Shown: positions 1-13,410, numbered from the stretch's first letter. The stretch: 64,000 nucleotides of DNA from Octopus bimaculoides (GCF_001194135.2 NC_068981.1:47510632-47574631); one strand, 5' to 3'. Translations and numbers: made by a program. Notes: generated by a model not told the origin, from the letters alone.

Positions 1-172
1 TGACTCTTTGATTAATTGACAAATTTCGCTTTAACCCGCACGTGTTTATTTTCTGTAAAAATTTCTTATTTCTTATCTACCCGTCATATTAAGAAATATA
101 ATTTCCGTTACACAGTTATTTTCATTGTTTGCTATCTCATGCACCCATGTATTTCTGTGCGCATGTATAAAT

Positions 173-1071
173 ATGCCTAGAAGGAAAGTATCGAATTTAT
201 CTACAATATCAAGGTCAGCTAAATAAATCTTTCTATTCAGGGAAAGAGAGACAGCTGTAGAAAGGGAAACATACCAAGAAGCGAACGGACTATGCATTAC
301 AAAAGCTAGAGCATCTCAAAATGATAGACAGAGGTGTGCACGGTTGACAGAGGTATGCAGGGCAAAGAGCAATTGCAACAGCTCTGAGAAGCAACTTCTA
401 TAAAGCAGCTCTCAAATATGATCCAGCAGTTCATTATGCAGATGACACTACAGTTTCCATTGCTGCAATGACAACTGAGTGCATACATTGTAAAGCAAAG
501 AAGTGGCCTCGAGAAACACCTGCTCTGTGCTGCAATGGTGGAAATGTTAAACTCCACCCAAACCCCAAACCTCCTGAATCATTGAATCATTGAAGAAATT
601 GTTGTCGTCAACTGACCAAGATTCCAAGCACTTCCAAAACAAAATACAACGCTGCCCTACAGATGACATCATTTGGAGCCGCAAAGAGATTTAACTGAGT
701 TAGGATTCATGCAAATTTTCAAAATCCAAGGTTACATTCATCATCGGATTGGCATTCTACTACCTTTGTCAAATAAATCATTAAAATTGGCCTTTGATGG
801 TTTAATATTCTGTACCTGTGTTTTAATTACGAAATAAGCTGGATGAAGCGTGTTTGGGAATTACGTGTATTTACTTTAAATACGTGTAAGAATTGAAAAC
901 TTTCTTTTAACATTTTACTTAACGTCTATGTTCCATGCTGGCATGGGTTGGAAAGTTATTAATGTAAAAAGTTGGTATCTCAGCTACTAGCAGTTGAGAC
1001 CTGCGTAATCTAGACGGCGTTTTTAAATTTCATTATTCTCTTCAACCCGGAAAACGCTGGGTATTTCTGCT
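173..1071 (+). mobile_element. Helitron remnant (N-terminal Rep/helicase-associated region joined to a degenerate 3' end)
   Basis: Hand translation gives MPRRKVSNL... then AALKYDPAVHY...SIAAMTTECIHCKAKKWPRETPALCCNGGNVKL..PPE, then AALQMTSFGA and FKIQGYIHHRIGILLP. These match typical animal Helitron N-terminal motifs (CxHCxAxK..E..xCCxxGxVxL; QMTSFG; FKIQGQIYHRIGSLLP). Stops and frameshifts are present. Hairpin acccgg-aaaacg-ctgggt at 1045-1062 is followed by atttctgct, resembling a decayed hairpin+CTAG 3' end. Confidence 0.75.
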
Positions 1072-3096
1072 CTTCCTATTACCTATTATAAAGCAAATAC
1101 AAAGTTTAGATTTATAAGTAAAACTACCACTCACTCAACATATTTTTATACAAATGTAATATCACATAAGAACGTCCTACATAAATTGTGCATGATCCTT
1201 GTATTAAGGAAAGGCTGGAACAAAGATGGGATAATTAGCTAACATAATGATTGGAGATAGGTACTACATAATTTAAATACTAAATATTTCATAGATACAC
1301 ACATATTCATTACGTACAGCAATATCACATTGCTTTTAAAACATATTTTAGTTAAGATTATTCCCTTATTAATAAGTACGACAAATATCATCTTTTACAA
1401 GATATACATATTTTACAATAATTAATATATTGCATGTACTTACATGTTAAAGTGCACAAAAATATCTTATATGCAACAACATTATAAAATTACTTCAATA
1501 AAAATACAAACAGTGTTAGGAATTAAATTGGAGTATATTAAAGTAATTCATGAATTTCAATTTATCTACGATGGAACAAGGAGGAGCAATGTTTTCAGGG
1601 ACGTGATGGCAGCACAGTATGTAAAGTGTGTACGTTAATGCTGACATATTTTATTCTGTCAGTGTGCTGCATTCTTGCAGTATCATAAATAATATAACAC
1701 TTATTTAGCAATGCATTTATAAGCACATCGTATTTGAAGAATCATATTTACAATGTATAACACTAAGTAACTACGGTTTATGATTTATTATTTCCAAAAT
1801 TCGATTTATAGATATTACACATCAGATTTATATACAGATAAGTATTTGCTGCATCATTTCTGTAGGTATTTCTTATAGCTATTGCTATCAATTTAATTAT
1901 TAAGATGATATTTGTGTTTGGATTCGAGAACTAATAATTTTGAGAAATACGTGGTTTTTGAATGACATTTGTTAATATTCATTAGAATATAAAGAAACCT
2001 AATTGAGAATACTTATTCATATATTTCGGAAGATTGCATATTTTCAATCCTCGTCACAAGACAATTGGTATTTGGCCCTTTTGACACTAGATTTTTTATT
2101 TATAGTAGGTTAATGGCATCAGCATACAATACTTCTTGCACGATCCTTAGAATTATTGTCATATAACATGAGCCACTCACTGCAAGAACAACAAGCGATA
2201 TTCGTGTTGGCATGAATATATATTATATGTTCCCAATATTAGAAATGACATTATAAAACGCAAATGAGAATACATTCCCATGGTAAATGTATCGAAAGAA
2301 AAGGTTATACAAACATGCATATTCTGTATTTTGAGAGGTTCATATTTATTTATGGCATGTGAAGAAATATATGACACCCTCTTCATAGTCAATAAACAAT
2401 GTATAAGCCAATAAATGCGTTTGTACATTGTGCCGTTAGTTTGGAAGAAACTTAACGTGAACTTGTGCGTTGTAAACTTTTTTTTTATTACAAAAGGGTC
2501 GCTAGGGCAGTAAGAGACACACTCACTCGTTCTATTTCACTTTAGTAATCGTCGACTTGGTAAACTACTCCCTTAAATGAGTGTTTGATAAATCGTTCGT
2601 TCGGCTAATCACTCAGTCAATCAGATAAATTAATTAATTATTTCTATCAATGGCATGCGTGATTTCATTAATGACAGGCCCTCTCTACTCATGTGCACAT
2701 GTATTGGTGTGTGCACGTGTGGGTGAATATGCGCGCGCGCGCGTGTACGTGCGTATTTATGTATGTGTGAATATGATTGATATCTAAATTTAAATTTATA
2801 TTCTGAAAACAATTTTGTGTTTCCGTTCGAACAAGAAATGAAACCTGTATATTTTGTAGAAATAATTTGTTAATGAGTGGTAGAATTTGGTCATCCACAG
2901 TTCGGACTGTCATAAACAGCTAAAGCACGTGATCATATCTGTACATATTCTTCATATTTCCACAGCACCAATTGATTATTCCGAAACCATGTTAAGAATG
3001 GTTGTAATTTGTTTGAGACACTACATAATTCTCTTTGTATGTAAGGCGTTACACAAATACAAAAACAAAAATATTGAAAAGAAAAGAATATCTGTA

Positions 3097-3330
3097 GAGT
3101 TATCCCTCGGCTATTGAGGGTGTTATGTTCCAAAACCCACCACGATAGTTAAATATCCACAAAGAAGAAACAGTACTGTACTACCGTACTCTATTAAATA
3201 TATATATATATAATTTGTATATATTTATTTGATTATAAATGCCGAAAAAAACCCACCGCCACGGAGGAATCTACGTAAGCTTAAATAATAAACTGTTATA
3301 GGTGAAAGGCGATATATCGAAGGATTACTG
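3097..3330. mobile_element. Non-autonomous Tc1/mariner-superfamily (Tigger/pogo-like) MITE
   Basis: Imperfect TIRs: ta|gagttatccctcgg at the left and gcgatatatcgaaggattactg at the right (reverse complement cagtaatccttcgatatatcgc). TA precedes the left end; no coding capacity. Confidence 0.5.
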
Positions 3331-4197
3331 TCATTAGAAATTCTATTGCTTTCCTATTTCATAGAATTAATTTTAAATATCAACATGGATTTCTTGCATT
3401 TCCTAAACGTATCCAGGCCAAACATAAATGCCTAACCTGCCCTTTATGGGCAACTACTGAAACAAGCATCTAGAATGATCTAGGATTTTGTCATTTGAAA
3501 TGCTGCTCTCTTTATAACGTGTGACAAAGAACAAAAACTGTATGCTGACGAAGTATATCACCATATCTATATTAACTAGAATATATACTATGATCACTAA
3601 AATCCAGGAAAAATGTAATATTTCTTTTTATTGTTTAGATTCATTTCGAAGATTAATGATAAAGAACTTTACAGTCACATGCTTTACTGAAAATATTTCT
3701 TTAGATATATAAGAATATTTTTTCTCCTTTTCCGCAGTCACGTATAGCATTCGCTCTCATTTTTTTTCTGTTCATCATCTTTTCCTCTCTTGTTTATATA
3801 TATATATATATATATATNNNNNNNNNNNNNNNNNNNNNNNNNNNNNNNNNNNTTTAAAATATTGCGACGTACTTAATTCCCAGTGACTTTTTTCTAGAAT
3901 GCGTCTACTATACTATTCTTTAGCTTCTGATATTAGATTTATTGGGATTTTCTTATAAAATATTTCATATTGAACATGAAAATGACAACAACATTATGTT
4001 TATCCTTTCAAATAAGAGCCATACCAAAAATTCGGTAAAATACATTTTAAACAAACACCAATACCAATAATGTTGAATTCCATGCATCCTATTCAATTAA
4101 GGCATTTTACTCTACAAAGAAATACATAAACATTTAAAATACATTTTTCATTTATATATTTGTACAAATTTGCAGATTCGGTTCTATATTTAAGAGA

Positions 4198-4562
<365 letters not shown>

Positions 4563-6705
4563 TAGTTATAATTTTCCTGGCAGATGAAGGCCTGTTTCAA
4601 TATTAATGAGATATGAGGTTTTAAGTTCGTTGCAAGAATGTGTGTGTGTGTGTATGTGTGTGAACAAACATCAAAGTATGTCAAAGGCGACGTACTTTAG
4701 ACTTGGTCAGATAAAGATTTGAGCAGACGTTTTAATCACAATATAAAAGGCATTAGTCTTTACCTGTCTGACCGCATACAGTTGTCGAAATAGCTCGAAT
4801 AGTAGCCACTATAATAGCAACAATAATAAGAGAACGAAACTAAAACAAAATAAACTATGAACAATTGAGTAAGAAAATCAACAAAATCAGCAGTAAAAAT
4901 AACAGCAGCAATAGCTGCAGCAACCCGCCAACCGCACCTGCCGCATTAATATACACATCATCATTAGCAAAAACAGTAACAGCAATAACTATAGTAGCAT
5001 CATAGACCACCACAGTAGCAGAAGAAAAGCAAAGACACTAATCATCAAGAACCACAGCAATGAAGTAAAAATACTTACAGGAAATACAAATGTATTACAC
5101 AAGTAAAACACGTCATATTCAAATATAGCGCTCTGTCGCCGATTACAGCCAAATATACATCTCCTCGCTAAGAAAGTAACTATTTACAGAAGGGCTTCAA
5201 TCAGGGAAATACAAATCAAGGTATCACATCTCAAATCTACATAGATAAATATGTTGAAGAATTGTGCGTTGTAGTTTATAAAAATAAAGCTAAAGACTTC
5301 TGCGACAGAAAATGGAAGGCTCGTAGGATCTGTACAGCAGTTTCCATATTCCAGCAACTTTATATTACACCTTTATATATAAGTCGTCACTTTACAGACT
5401 TCACTGTCACTAACGAACCTCCTTGCACTAAAAACGATGTAAAAGAAGAGTAGTGGTAAGGATGAGGTTAACCATTAATAAAATCTAAAGTGGCACGAAG
5501 ATACTACATACTTACCTCATTGTTGAGATTATGAGCCCTTGCGAGTAGTCGTTGAAGGTAGGCAATATAGCAGTATCGGCGATATACCTGTATTGATGGA
5601 GTGGTTGGCGTTATATTACGCAACATCGACTAACAATAAACCTACTGTAAAAAGAATGAGGGCAACTTCAAACACGATTCTGCAACGATTAAACATCGTG
5701 TGATAAAAATTAGGGTAAAAAATTAACTTCTTACTATTGACGTTTAGAAATAATTCAAGGGTATTAGATTCGTTTCTCATGTCTTAATGAATAATGGTAT
5801 CTATGAACAAGATTTTCGTTACCATTTTTTCTTTCTATATAAAAATAGATATTGTTACTACTTATAACCCAGTAAGACTTTAAAACAAAATCATATTTTT
5901 TTGTGAACAAGAAGAAATACTGTCATCTTCGGACACGAATCTTCTCTAAATTTAAAAGAATATGTGATGCAAAATTTTGAAGAAGTTCTACTGGATCAGT
6001 TAATATGATACTATAATTTGTGATGTTCAAAAATGTGAAACTGTAAAATAATAAGAAAATATAAGAAATAAACAATATTTAAATAACTTTTATGCTCCCT
6101 TACTACCTGTTCTCCCACTTAAATGAAAGTGTGTACTTTCGCTACGTGCATCATGCATTGTCTTCCTAGAATATAACATTATAAGGAACATGCGAGTTCC
6201 TTGAAAACAGTTATGATCGTTATTTATATAGTGTAACATGTGATATACTATCAGCAATATAGTGATATATAATCATACTGAATCACCATGGAAACGTGTA
6301 AGTAAAAATATTAGATGTCATTCAATTAGAGTCTTATTTCATGATGTCTGTCAGTTTACAATTTTCTTATGATGGGTTTAGACATTAAGATCCAATCATC
6401 CTTCAGGAAAAAAGATGGATGTGAGTAATTATTCGACAATATTAGATACATTTATGCTTATTACTAAACAAGTAAATATCTTTATGTCAGACACATCGAT
6501 TACATCCGTAACATTAGAGAAAAAATATGTCAACCTTGATGTGAAAAAGAATATTTTGCAAATTCAAAGTAAATAACTTTATAATTCTGTTTGAAGCTGT
6601 ATCCTTTCTTTTATTTGCCGTGTAACAGAAACATGTCAGATAACTTGATATTATTTGCTTCTTTTTCACATCATGATTATCATCATCATAGTCTCTTAGG
6701 CTTCC

Positions 6706-6780
6706 TCCTCTTCTTCTTCTTCTTCTTCTTCTTCTTCTTCTTCTTCTTCTTCCTCCTCCGCCTCCTCATCATCATCGTTT
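6706..6780. repeat. (TTC)n/(CTC)n microsatellite
   Basis: Direct observation. Confidence 0.95.
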
Positions 6781-6921
6781 GTTCTTCATCGCTATGTTAT
6801 TCGCCATTAAAATGATTATCATTTCCTCCTTCTTCATTGCCATTGCGTGCTCGTAATAACATCTGGTGGAAGGCTTGATGATACACCACTGTCATGCAAG
6901 AAGTTGTGGCTGAAAATTAGT

Positions 6922-7016
6922 GAGTGACCTGAATAATAATAATAATAATGACAATAACAACAACAACAACAATATCACAAAATACCCGAGGAATGAGAAC
7001 TCAGGTTCGAAATTTC
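6922..7016 (+). mobile_element. SINE family A fragment (head missing, runs into gap)
   Basis: gtgacctgaat + (TAA/CAA)n + aatacccgaggaatgagaactcaggttcgaaatttc matches the family A middle and tail. Confidence 0.65.
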
Positions 7017-7545
7017 NNNNNNNNNNNNNNNNNNNNNNNNNNNNNNNNNNNNNNNNNNNNNNNNNNNNNNNNNNNNNNNNNNNNNNNNNNNNNNNNNNNN
7101 NNNNNNNNNNNNNNNNNNNNNNNNNNNNNNNNNNNNNNNNNNNNNNNNNNNNNNNNNNNNNNNNNNNNNNNNNNNNNNNNNNNNNNNNNNNNNNNNNNNN
7201 NNNNNNNNNNNNNNNNNNNNNNNNNNNNNNNNNNNNNNNNNNNNNNNNNNNNNNNNNNNNNNNNNNNNNNNNNNNNNNNNNNNNNNNNNNNNNNNNNNNN
7301 NNNNNNNNNNNNNNNNNNNNNNNNNNNNNNNNNNNNNNNNNNNNNNNNNNNNNNNNNNNNNNNNNNNNNNNNNNNNNNNNNNNNNNNNNNNNNNNNNNNN
7401 NNNNNNNNNNNNNNNNNNNNNNNNNNNNNNNNNNNNNNNNNNNNNNNNNNNNNNNNNNNNNNNNNNNNNNNNNNNNNNNNNNNNNNNNNNNNNNNNNNNN
7501 NNNNNNNNNNNNNNNNNNNNNNNNNNNNNNNNNNNNNNNNNNNNN

Positions 7546-7587
<42 letters not shown>

Positions 7588-7602
7588 TTCTATATTCAAT
7601 AA

Positions 7603-7769
7603 ATGAGGAATTATGTACATTATTTACATTTGACGGATATTTGTCCTCATCTTTCTTGTTGTTAACACAACACTTCAGCTGATGTACCCTCCAGCCTTCA
7701 TCAGGTGTCTTGGGGAAATTTTCAACCTAGGTTCTCATTCCTAAGGCATTTTCTATGTTGTTATTATCG

Positions 7770-7820
<51 letters not shown>
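7603..7820 (-). mobile_element. SINE family A tail + (TTA)n
   Basis: Reverse complement: ccccaagacacctgatgaaggctggagggtacatcagctgaagtgttgtgttaacaacaagaaagatgaggacaaatatccgtcaaatgtaaataatgt. Confidence 0.8.
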
Positions 7821-7821
<1 letters not shown>

Positions 7822-8754
7822 AAGAAGAGTGCTATTGTTATCTAGTGAACGATATTTCGATATCGTGTGTATCTTCAACTGGTTTAATAAATAAATTTGT
7901 CAATCCACTTCATTTTGGCTAATATATAAAAGTTTGAGATAACTCCTACTGAAGAATCTCGTGAAATCAATTTTGTCGTCTTGCTCTCATGCGTTATATG
8001 CGTGCATGTGTGTGCATGTGTGTGCGTGTGTGTGTGTGTGCATACGTGTGTTTGTGTCTGTGTGTGGGTGTCTGCGTGTGTGCGTGTGTTTGTGCATGTT
8101 AGTATGTGGTTGTGTGTGGAGGGAGATTTGTTATATCCGCTAAGTTATATATATATTATATATTATTCCATCTAATTAAAGGGTAGCGTATGGAAAGCGC
8201 TGGAACATATACATGAAAATATTTCGGACTATGCATAATAAACATACGAATACTTTTTCAAATATCAAACGCAGTGAAATAATTATCCTCATGGAGATTA
8301 ATGAAGTTAAAAATTCTGAAAATAATTGCATTATCAGTAAATTACACAGTATTACAAACATTCGTAAGTTACTTATTTTCTCCGCATTTCATTGTTTTTG
8401 GCGGCATGTAGTATTATATTAGAAATTGCAAGTTTAGAAGCATTTTAGAAAATATTGTACCACAGAAAACCAATGCCTAGAGATATTTCTAATCCGTATT
8501 GAAGTTAATTAATTTTAAATTACAAAACTGGTACCCGTAAGAAAAAACAAATTATTCTTCAAGTTATTCACTTCCTGTAAATATGTGGACAGTTTTGTAA
8601 TAAATTATATGTTATCAATTTATTTTTGCTTTAGTTTTAGAATTTATTTTGTTGATGCATTTGTATTTCTTCATTGTAAAAAAAAATATTTTCTTTCGCA
8701 ATTTATAAATGTGCACACCTGTCTCAATAAAAGCTGAAGTAAAATGAAATAATG

Positions 8755-8870
8755 ACGATGATGACGGCGATGTTCATGATGACGAGGACGATGGTGATGC
8801 CGATGGTGGCGGTGATGGTGATGACGACGATGACGATGACGACGATGTTGACCATGGTGATGAGGATAGA
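8755..8870. repeat. Imperfect (GAT/GAC/GGT)n microsatellite
   Basis: Direct observation; it explains the His/Met-rich ORF-track hits here. Confidence 0.9.
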
Positions 8871-9200
8871 GAAAGTAAAGAAATGTCATTACACAAAACA
8901 ATGCTTTGAGGTTGAGTTGAAATGCCAATTAAGGGAAAACCCATAGGAAAAAGAACTAGAAGGATAAGAAGATTCACGAGTCTTCTTTGCGATTGATACT
9001 AAATATATACCATGGAATAATGACTAAAATAATGTTTGGAATTGGTTAAAAAATGTTACTTGCAGCTTGAAACTTACGTCTTGATATTCACTGTGTAGGA
9101 AATGGTGCTCAGAATGAACTATATCAACCAGAGAATTGACCATTCCTCAAAATCATACAAAGGTAGACTGAGAGTGAGAGAGAGAAATATAATACAAGAC

Positions 9201-9239
<39 letters not shown>

Positions 9240-9254
9240 AGGAGAGAGAGAAAC

Positions 9255-9863
9255 ACGGAGGGCCAGAGTGGTGTGTTTTAGGCGAATGTAGTAAAATGGC
9301 TTAGAAGGAATATAAGAAAAGGCATCACGATATCACCTGAATGGATCATTGGGAATTATGCAAGGAATTTCGATTAGAAGAGGCGAGAAAATGGGTTGAA
9401 CTTGTTCCATAAGATGTGGTAGAGAGTGAAAAGACTTTGAAAATTCATGGTATTATATGAACATGGAACCAAACATCGGAAATCTGAAATTGTGCTGCTA
9501 ACAAAGGAGAAACCTCGAACCTCATGAAAAACATCATATGACCTGGTAACAGCAAAGTCTTCGGATGCGAAATGGAAAATCTGACGAGTTATGAAGTTCT
9601 CAAAAGGGAGGTGGAAGTGCTATGGACAATGAGCCATGTATGAATCGTGCAAAAAATAATAGTCATCATGGTAGAGTGAGAAAGGAATTAAAATTTCTTG
9701 GAAAAAATAGCCAAGGAACTGAAAATAGAGTACATTCCCCAAAGAGTGATACTTCGAAATTGTAAGGATACATTTGAATTCTCCAAGATTTCAAAAAAAC
9801 AACACCCTAGTTCCAAGCACATTAAAAGCTTGTAATTTGATGACACTTCCTGCAACTATTTGC
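9255..9863 (+). mobile_element. R4/Dong-like (R2 group) non-LTR retrotransposon 3' fragment, restriction-like endonuclease region
   Basis: Degenerate translation GECSKMA*KEYKKRHHDI..DHWELCKEFRLEEARKWVELVP, then PGNSKV..YEVLKREVEVLWTM. This matches the CSKLAQKEYKxRHD..HWxLC..W..HxP / ExxxLW motifs of RLE-encoding elements. It abuts (TAA)n. Confidence 0.7.
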
Positions 9864-9908
<45 letters not shown>

Positions 9909-10072
9909 GTAATAATAATAATGATAATGACGATTATGATGATGATGATGATGATGCTGCTGCTGATGATGATGATGATGATGATGATTATGAGGAGGAG
10001 GAAGAGGAGGAGGAAGAGGAGGAGGAAGAGGAGGATGAGGAGGAGGAGGAGGAGGAGGAGGAGGACGACGAC
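9864..10072. repeat. Compound (TAA)n(GAT)n(GAG)n microsatellite
   Basis: Direct observation. Confidence 0.95.
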
Positions 10073-10084
10073 GTAAACAAGCGA

Positions 10085-11010
10085 ATATAAAAATCGCTAT
10101 GTTAGGTAGGACATTGGAAAATATGTAAATATGTAAACACTATAAATTCATCAGTCCTGCTTATTGGCATGAACAGCTTCCTGAGCCAGTCATTGAAGGT
10201 ACAAATGTCACTATCCTCTAGAATTATCCAGTTAACACAGACATAATGATTCAGGATAATCGACCAGATATATTCATTAAAGACAGGGAAGAAAATATTT
10301 GTAAACTAATAGATGTAAGTTTCCCACTGAGAAAAATATATTTGTAAAGGAATTTGACAAATTAAGTAAATATAAGGACCTGAAAACTGAAATACAAAAT
10401 ATATGGCATCTTAGAGCAAGAACTGTTTCTGTTATTGTGGGTATCCTAGAGATGATGAGGAAGGGATGTCAAAACCTCTAGATTATATCCCAAGAGAACC
10501 ATGTCTTAGGGAAACCCAAAAGATTGTTGCTGCGCACATCTCTAGTAAAACCTTATCAACTTAAATATTTATGGGATGCTGGGCTTTTCTCGGTATCTGA
10601 TTGTAACAAACAAACACATAAAATGTAAAGGCCACTGGAAAAACCATGCAAGATTGAGGTCTAGCAAAACGTAGCCTTATTGGGAACAGCGAACATCTTA
10701 AGGATAGTATTGTCTGTCTGAGGACCTTGTTGTGACTTGACAGATGACAAAAGACTACGGTGCATTTTTACTTACACTGTGTTATGAAGGAATAATAACA
10801 ACAACAACAATAATAAATATAATAATAATGATGATGAAGATGACGACGACGACGATGATGATACTAATCAGATCAGAGCACACAGCAACAAGATCTTAGA
10901 GCTAATTACACCAAGTTCGAAATAGATGAGAATAGCGTGTCACCTCTGGTGAAAAAATTCCAATAGACCTGACATAATGATTTGAGAAAGTGAATAGAAA
11001 CTGTGTACAG
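10085..11010 (+). mobile_element. Two to three further R4/Dong-like 3' fragments
   Basis: HWKICKY..WHEQLPEPVIEGTNVTIL*NYPVNTDIMIQDNRPDIFIKDREENICKLIDVSFP..KEFDKLSKYKDLKTEIQNIWHL..VIVG (10110-10450); VALLGTANILRIVL (about 10670-10715); QDLRANYTKFEIDENSVSPL and NRPDIMI (10885-10980). These carry the RPD...DVxxP...K..KY RLE signature. Confidence 0.75.
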
Positions 11011-11631
11011 TTGTGGAAATCAGCTGCCCAGCGGATGTTAACGTAAAGCAGAATATCAGCGAAAAAGAAAATACCTACTTTGAACTATTGTGAAATCTTC
11101 AGTTACTCCATCCAGAGTACAAGTTCAGGTTCATAACTACTTATTAGAGCACTGAGATATGGAACACCCTGAAGAAATAAGGCTTCTCAAAACCAGAAAA
11201 GTGAAAGCTGATTTGAAGTCTACAAATCCAAGCGAACTGTAAAAATCTGTAAAACTTTCCAGATGCTTATCATTTATGTATATATGAGCATGTTTAGATA
11301 TGCAATAATAGGCAAGAAAATATATACAAAAAATACCATACAAATCTGCACATATACATATAGATGCATGTATGTGTATATATGTATATATGTATAGATT
11401 TTGAAATTTCAATGCATGATACTTAGATCTAGCTTAGACACCGGTTCTTTCTGAATTGGCAAGAAATATTTTCTACTCAAGGCACAAGGCCCGAAATTCT
11501 GAGGGAGAGCGCCAGCCGATTTGATTAACTCCAGTACGCAACTGATACATAATTTATTGACCCCGAAAGGATGAAATGGAAAGTGGAATCGGCGGAATTT
11601 GAACTCAGAACATAATGACATACGAAATACC

Positions 11632-12608
11632 TATTTCTTTCATTTCCTCAGTGTGGTCTATGATATCCTCCTCCTCTGCTTGTGTTTTCTCTTGCTGTGG
11701 ATGTGTGAACTCATATAGGGGTCATTTGAACTTCATATGACCTCTCTCTCCGCATATGTAACAATTTGGTTTTCTTCCCTCGACTACGACATTTAACGTT
11801 CTCTCCTTCTCCAATTCTATCTGGTAGGGAATTCTTTCTATGTCCTCGAATGTGGCAAAAAGCCACATTTCGAGTCCAAATCCCCACCAGTTGCGCACTT
11901 TTGTTTCCGCCACTGGTCCCAATTCCGGATCCTCCTTGGTTGCAGCCAGAACTGTTGCAACCAGCCACTCCGGTTTAATTTCTGGTGGCACTCTGGGAAT
12001 ATGTATTCTCGCACTTCTTCTTCCTCTATAACTTGGTAGTAATGTTATTTCTGTATTTCTTAAAATGTTGGTCGCATGCTTGGTTACCTCTTCTATAGTG
12101 GCGAACCTCACCTCTACCGTACCGAACTTTCTTCGTCTGCTGATGTACGTGGCTTCATTCACAATTCCACCCAGGCACTCCTCGATTTCGTCTCCCGTCA
12201 TCATTTCAACTTTACAGGTTTCGACATCCTGTGTACGATACACAACAGCCCTCAGAATTTTGTCTTCCTTGGTCTCTTTTTTTTTGGGGGGGGGTGACAA
12301 TTTGTATGAGTATCCCTCTATTTCTATCAAATTCCTGCTTCTTCTCACTTCCTCCATATCCAGCTTCATCAACTTGGTTTCCAGCGGCACTGGCTTCTTC
12401 ATCGCAGTGGTTCTGGCGTAGCTCTCCATACTGGAAACATTACCACTCGCCACAGATGGTGAAAAAAAAAAAAACAGCCGCTCACGTGCAACGTAACAAC
12501 AATAAATTCCACAAAATCACAATTATTCACAGAGACAACTTACAGTAATTCACACAGTTTTCACACAGTTACGCCGCAGTATTCACAATAATTCACAACA
12601 ATTCACAG
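11632..12608 (-). mobile_element. L1/Tx1-like non-LTR element, 5'UTR + ORF1 only (~1 kb), flanked by a 12-bp TSD
   Basis: TSD atacgaaatacc (11620-11631) / agacaaaatacc (12609-12620), 10/12 identical. ORF1 is homologous to the ORF1s at 27.7 and 34 kb. Confidence 0.75.
11722..12453 (-). pseudogene. Tx1-like ORF1 protein (RNA-binding region + CCHC zinc knuckle), premature stop
   Basis: 243-aa ORF ...EIEECLGGIVNEATYISRRRKFGTVEVRF...LLPSYRGRR...PEWLV...VEGRKPNCYICGERGHMKFK*. The TGA falls where the last knuckle Cys is expected, and the frame continues 30 codons to the element end. Confidence 0.75.
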
Positions 12609-13194
12609 AGACAAAATACCGCTAAGCATTTCTCTTGGGGTGCTTACGTTTCTGCCAGCTCCCCCACTGAATTGGCATGAAATCCCACAATAAAACTGAA
12701 TGACAATAATAAATACATACATACATACATACATACATACACACCGACACATATATATCTGGGCAATATCTATGTCTGCGTCTGCGTATTATTTTAAGTG
12801 TACGCGTCAGTTCTTTAGAACATGTAAGACTGCATTTATGTGTATGTATTTGATACGACATATCAGTGAAAATCGTGCTCCGTGCAAACTATTTAATTTC
12901 ACCACTATCTAATTTCTATTTACATTGCAAAAACGCGAAACAATGAAAAATCCTAGTACTAAGTGTACATATAATAGAAATCTGAATTAAGTAAACTCCC
13001 GGAATTAAGTAATATCAAAAGTTTTGAGCCATTCGTTTTAATATAAATATACCTGCATGTATTTTTATCATGCTTAAGATCGCTCTTTGAATATATTTAT
13101 TGTCCAAATTCTTTGCATATATGAAGCTTTAGAGATTGAGGTTTGCTTCTAATTCTTAAATTTTATGTCGACAATATTTTTTTTGACGATAAAT

Positions 13195-13410
13195 GCGGGG
13201 AGCTGGTGGAATCGTTAGCACGTCGGGCAAGATGTTAAATAACGTTTCGTCCATCTTTACGTTCTGAATTCAAATTCTGCAGTGGTTTATTGTGTCTTTC
13301 ACCAATTTGGGATCGATTCAGAATGTGCCAGTTGAAGACTGGAGTCGGTGTAATCGACTTAGCCCTTTACCCAAAATATCTGACTCTGTGCCAAAATTTG
13401 GGACCAATAT
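13195..13410 (+). mobile_element. tRNA-derived SINE family B
   Basis: ggggagctggtggaatcgttagca (A box) ... gttctgaattcaaattc (B-box-like) ... gtctttcaccaatttgggatcgat ... gtcggtgtaatcgactt ... tgtgccaaaatttgggaccaatat. Confidence 0.75.

Larger units (their letters stand above)
11443..12664 (-). mobile_element. tRNA-derived SINE family B, split into 12609-12664 (5' part) and 11443-11631 (3' part) by a LINE insertion
   Basis: Joined minus-strand sequence gagctggcagaaacgtaagcaccccaagagaaatgcttagc|ggtatttcgtatgtcattatgttctgagttcaaattccgccga..tttcatcctttcggggtcaataaatt is collinear with the intact copy at 13195-13410. The central ctttcatcc..ggggtcgataaa segment resembles the Meta-domain of MetaSINEs (from memory, unverified). 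Confidence 0.8.

Noticed and set aside
1500-2430. Short ORFs with splice-like sites (1444-1638 +, 2177-2428 -)
   Set aside because: No recognisable homology, and such signals are frequent by chance in AT-rich DNA.
6892-7682. Long ORF-track entries containing X runs (also at 28870-29802, 41750-42459, 47013-48001, 57981-58342, 59358-60320)
   Set aside because: Artefacts of N-gaps, which contain no stop codons.
6922-7820. Two SINE A pieces facing each other across a gap as a real palindrome
   Set aside because: The junction is hidden in a 529-N gap, so arrangement and distance cannot be trusted.
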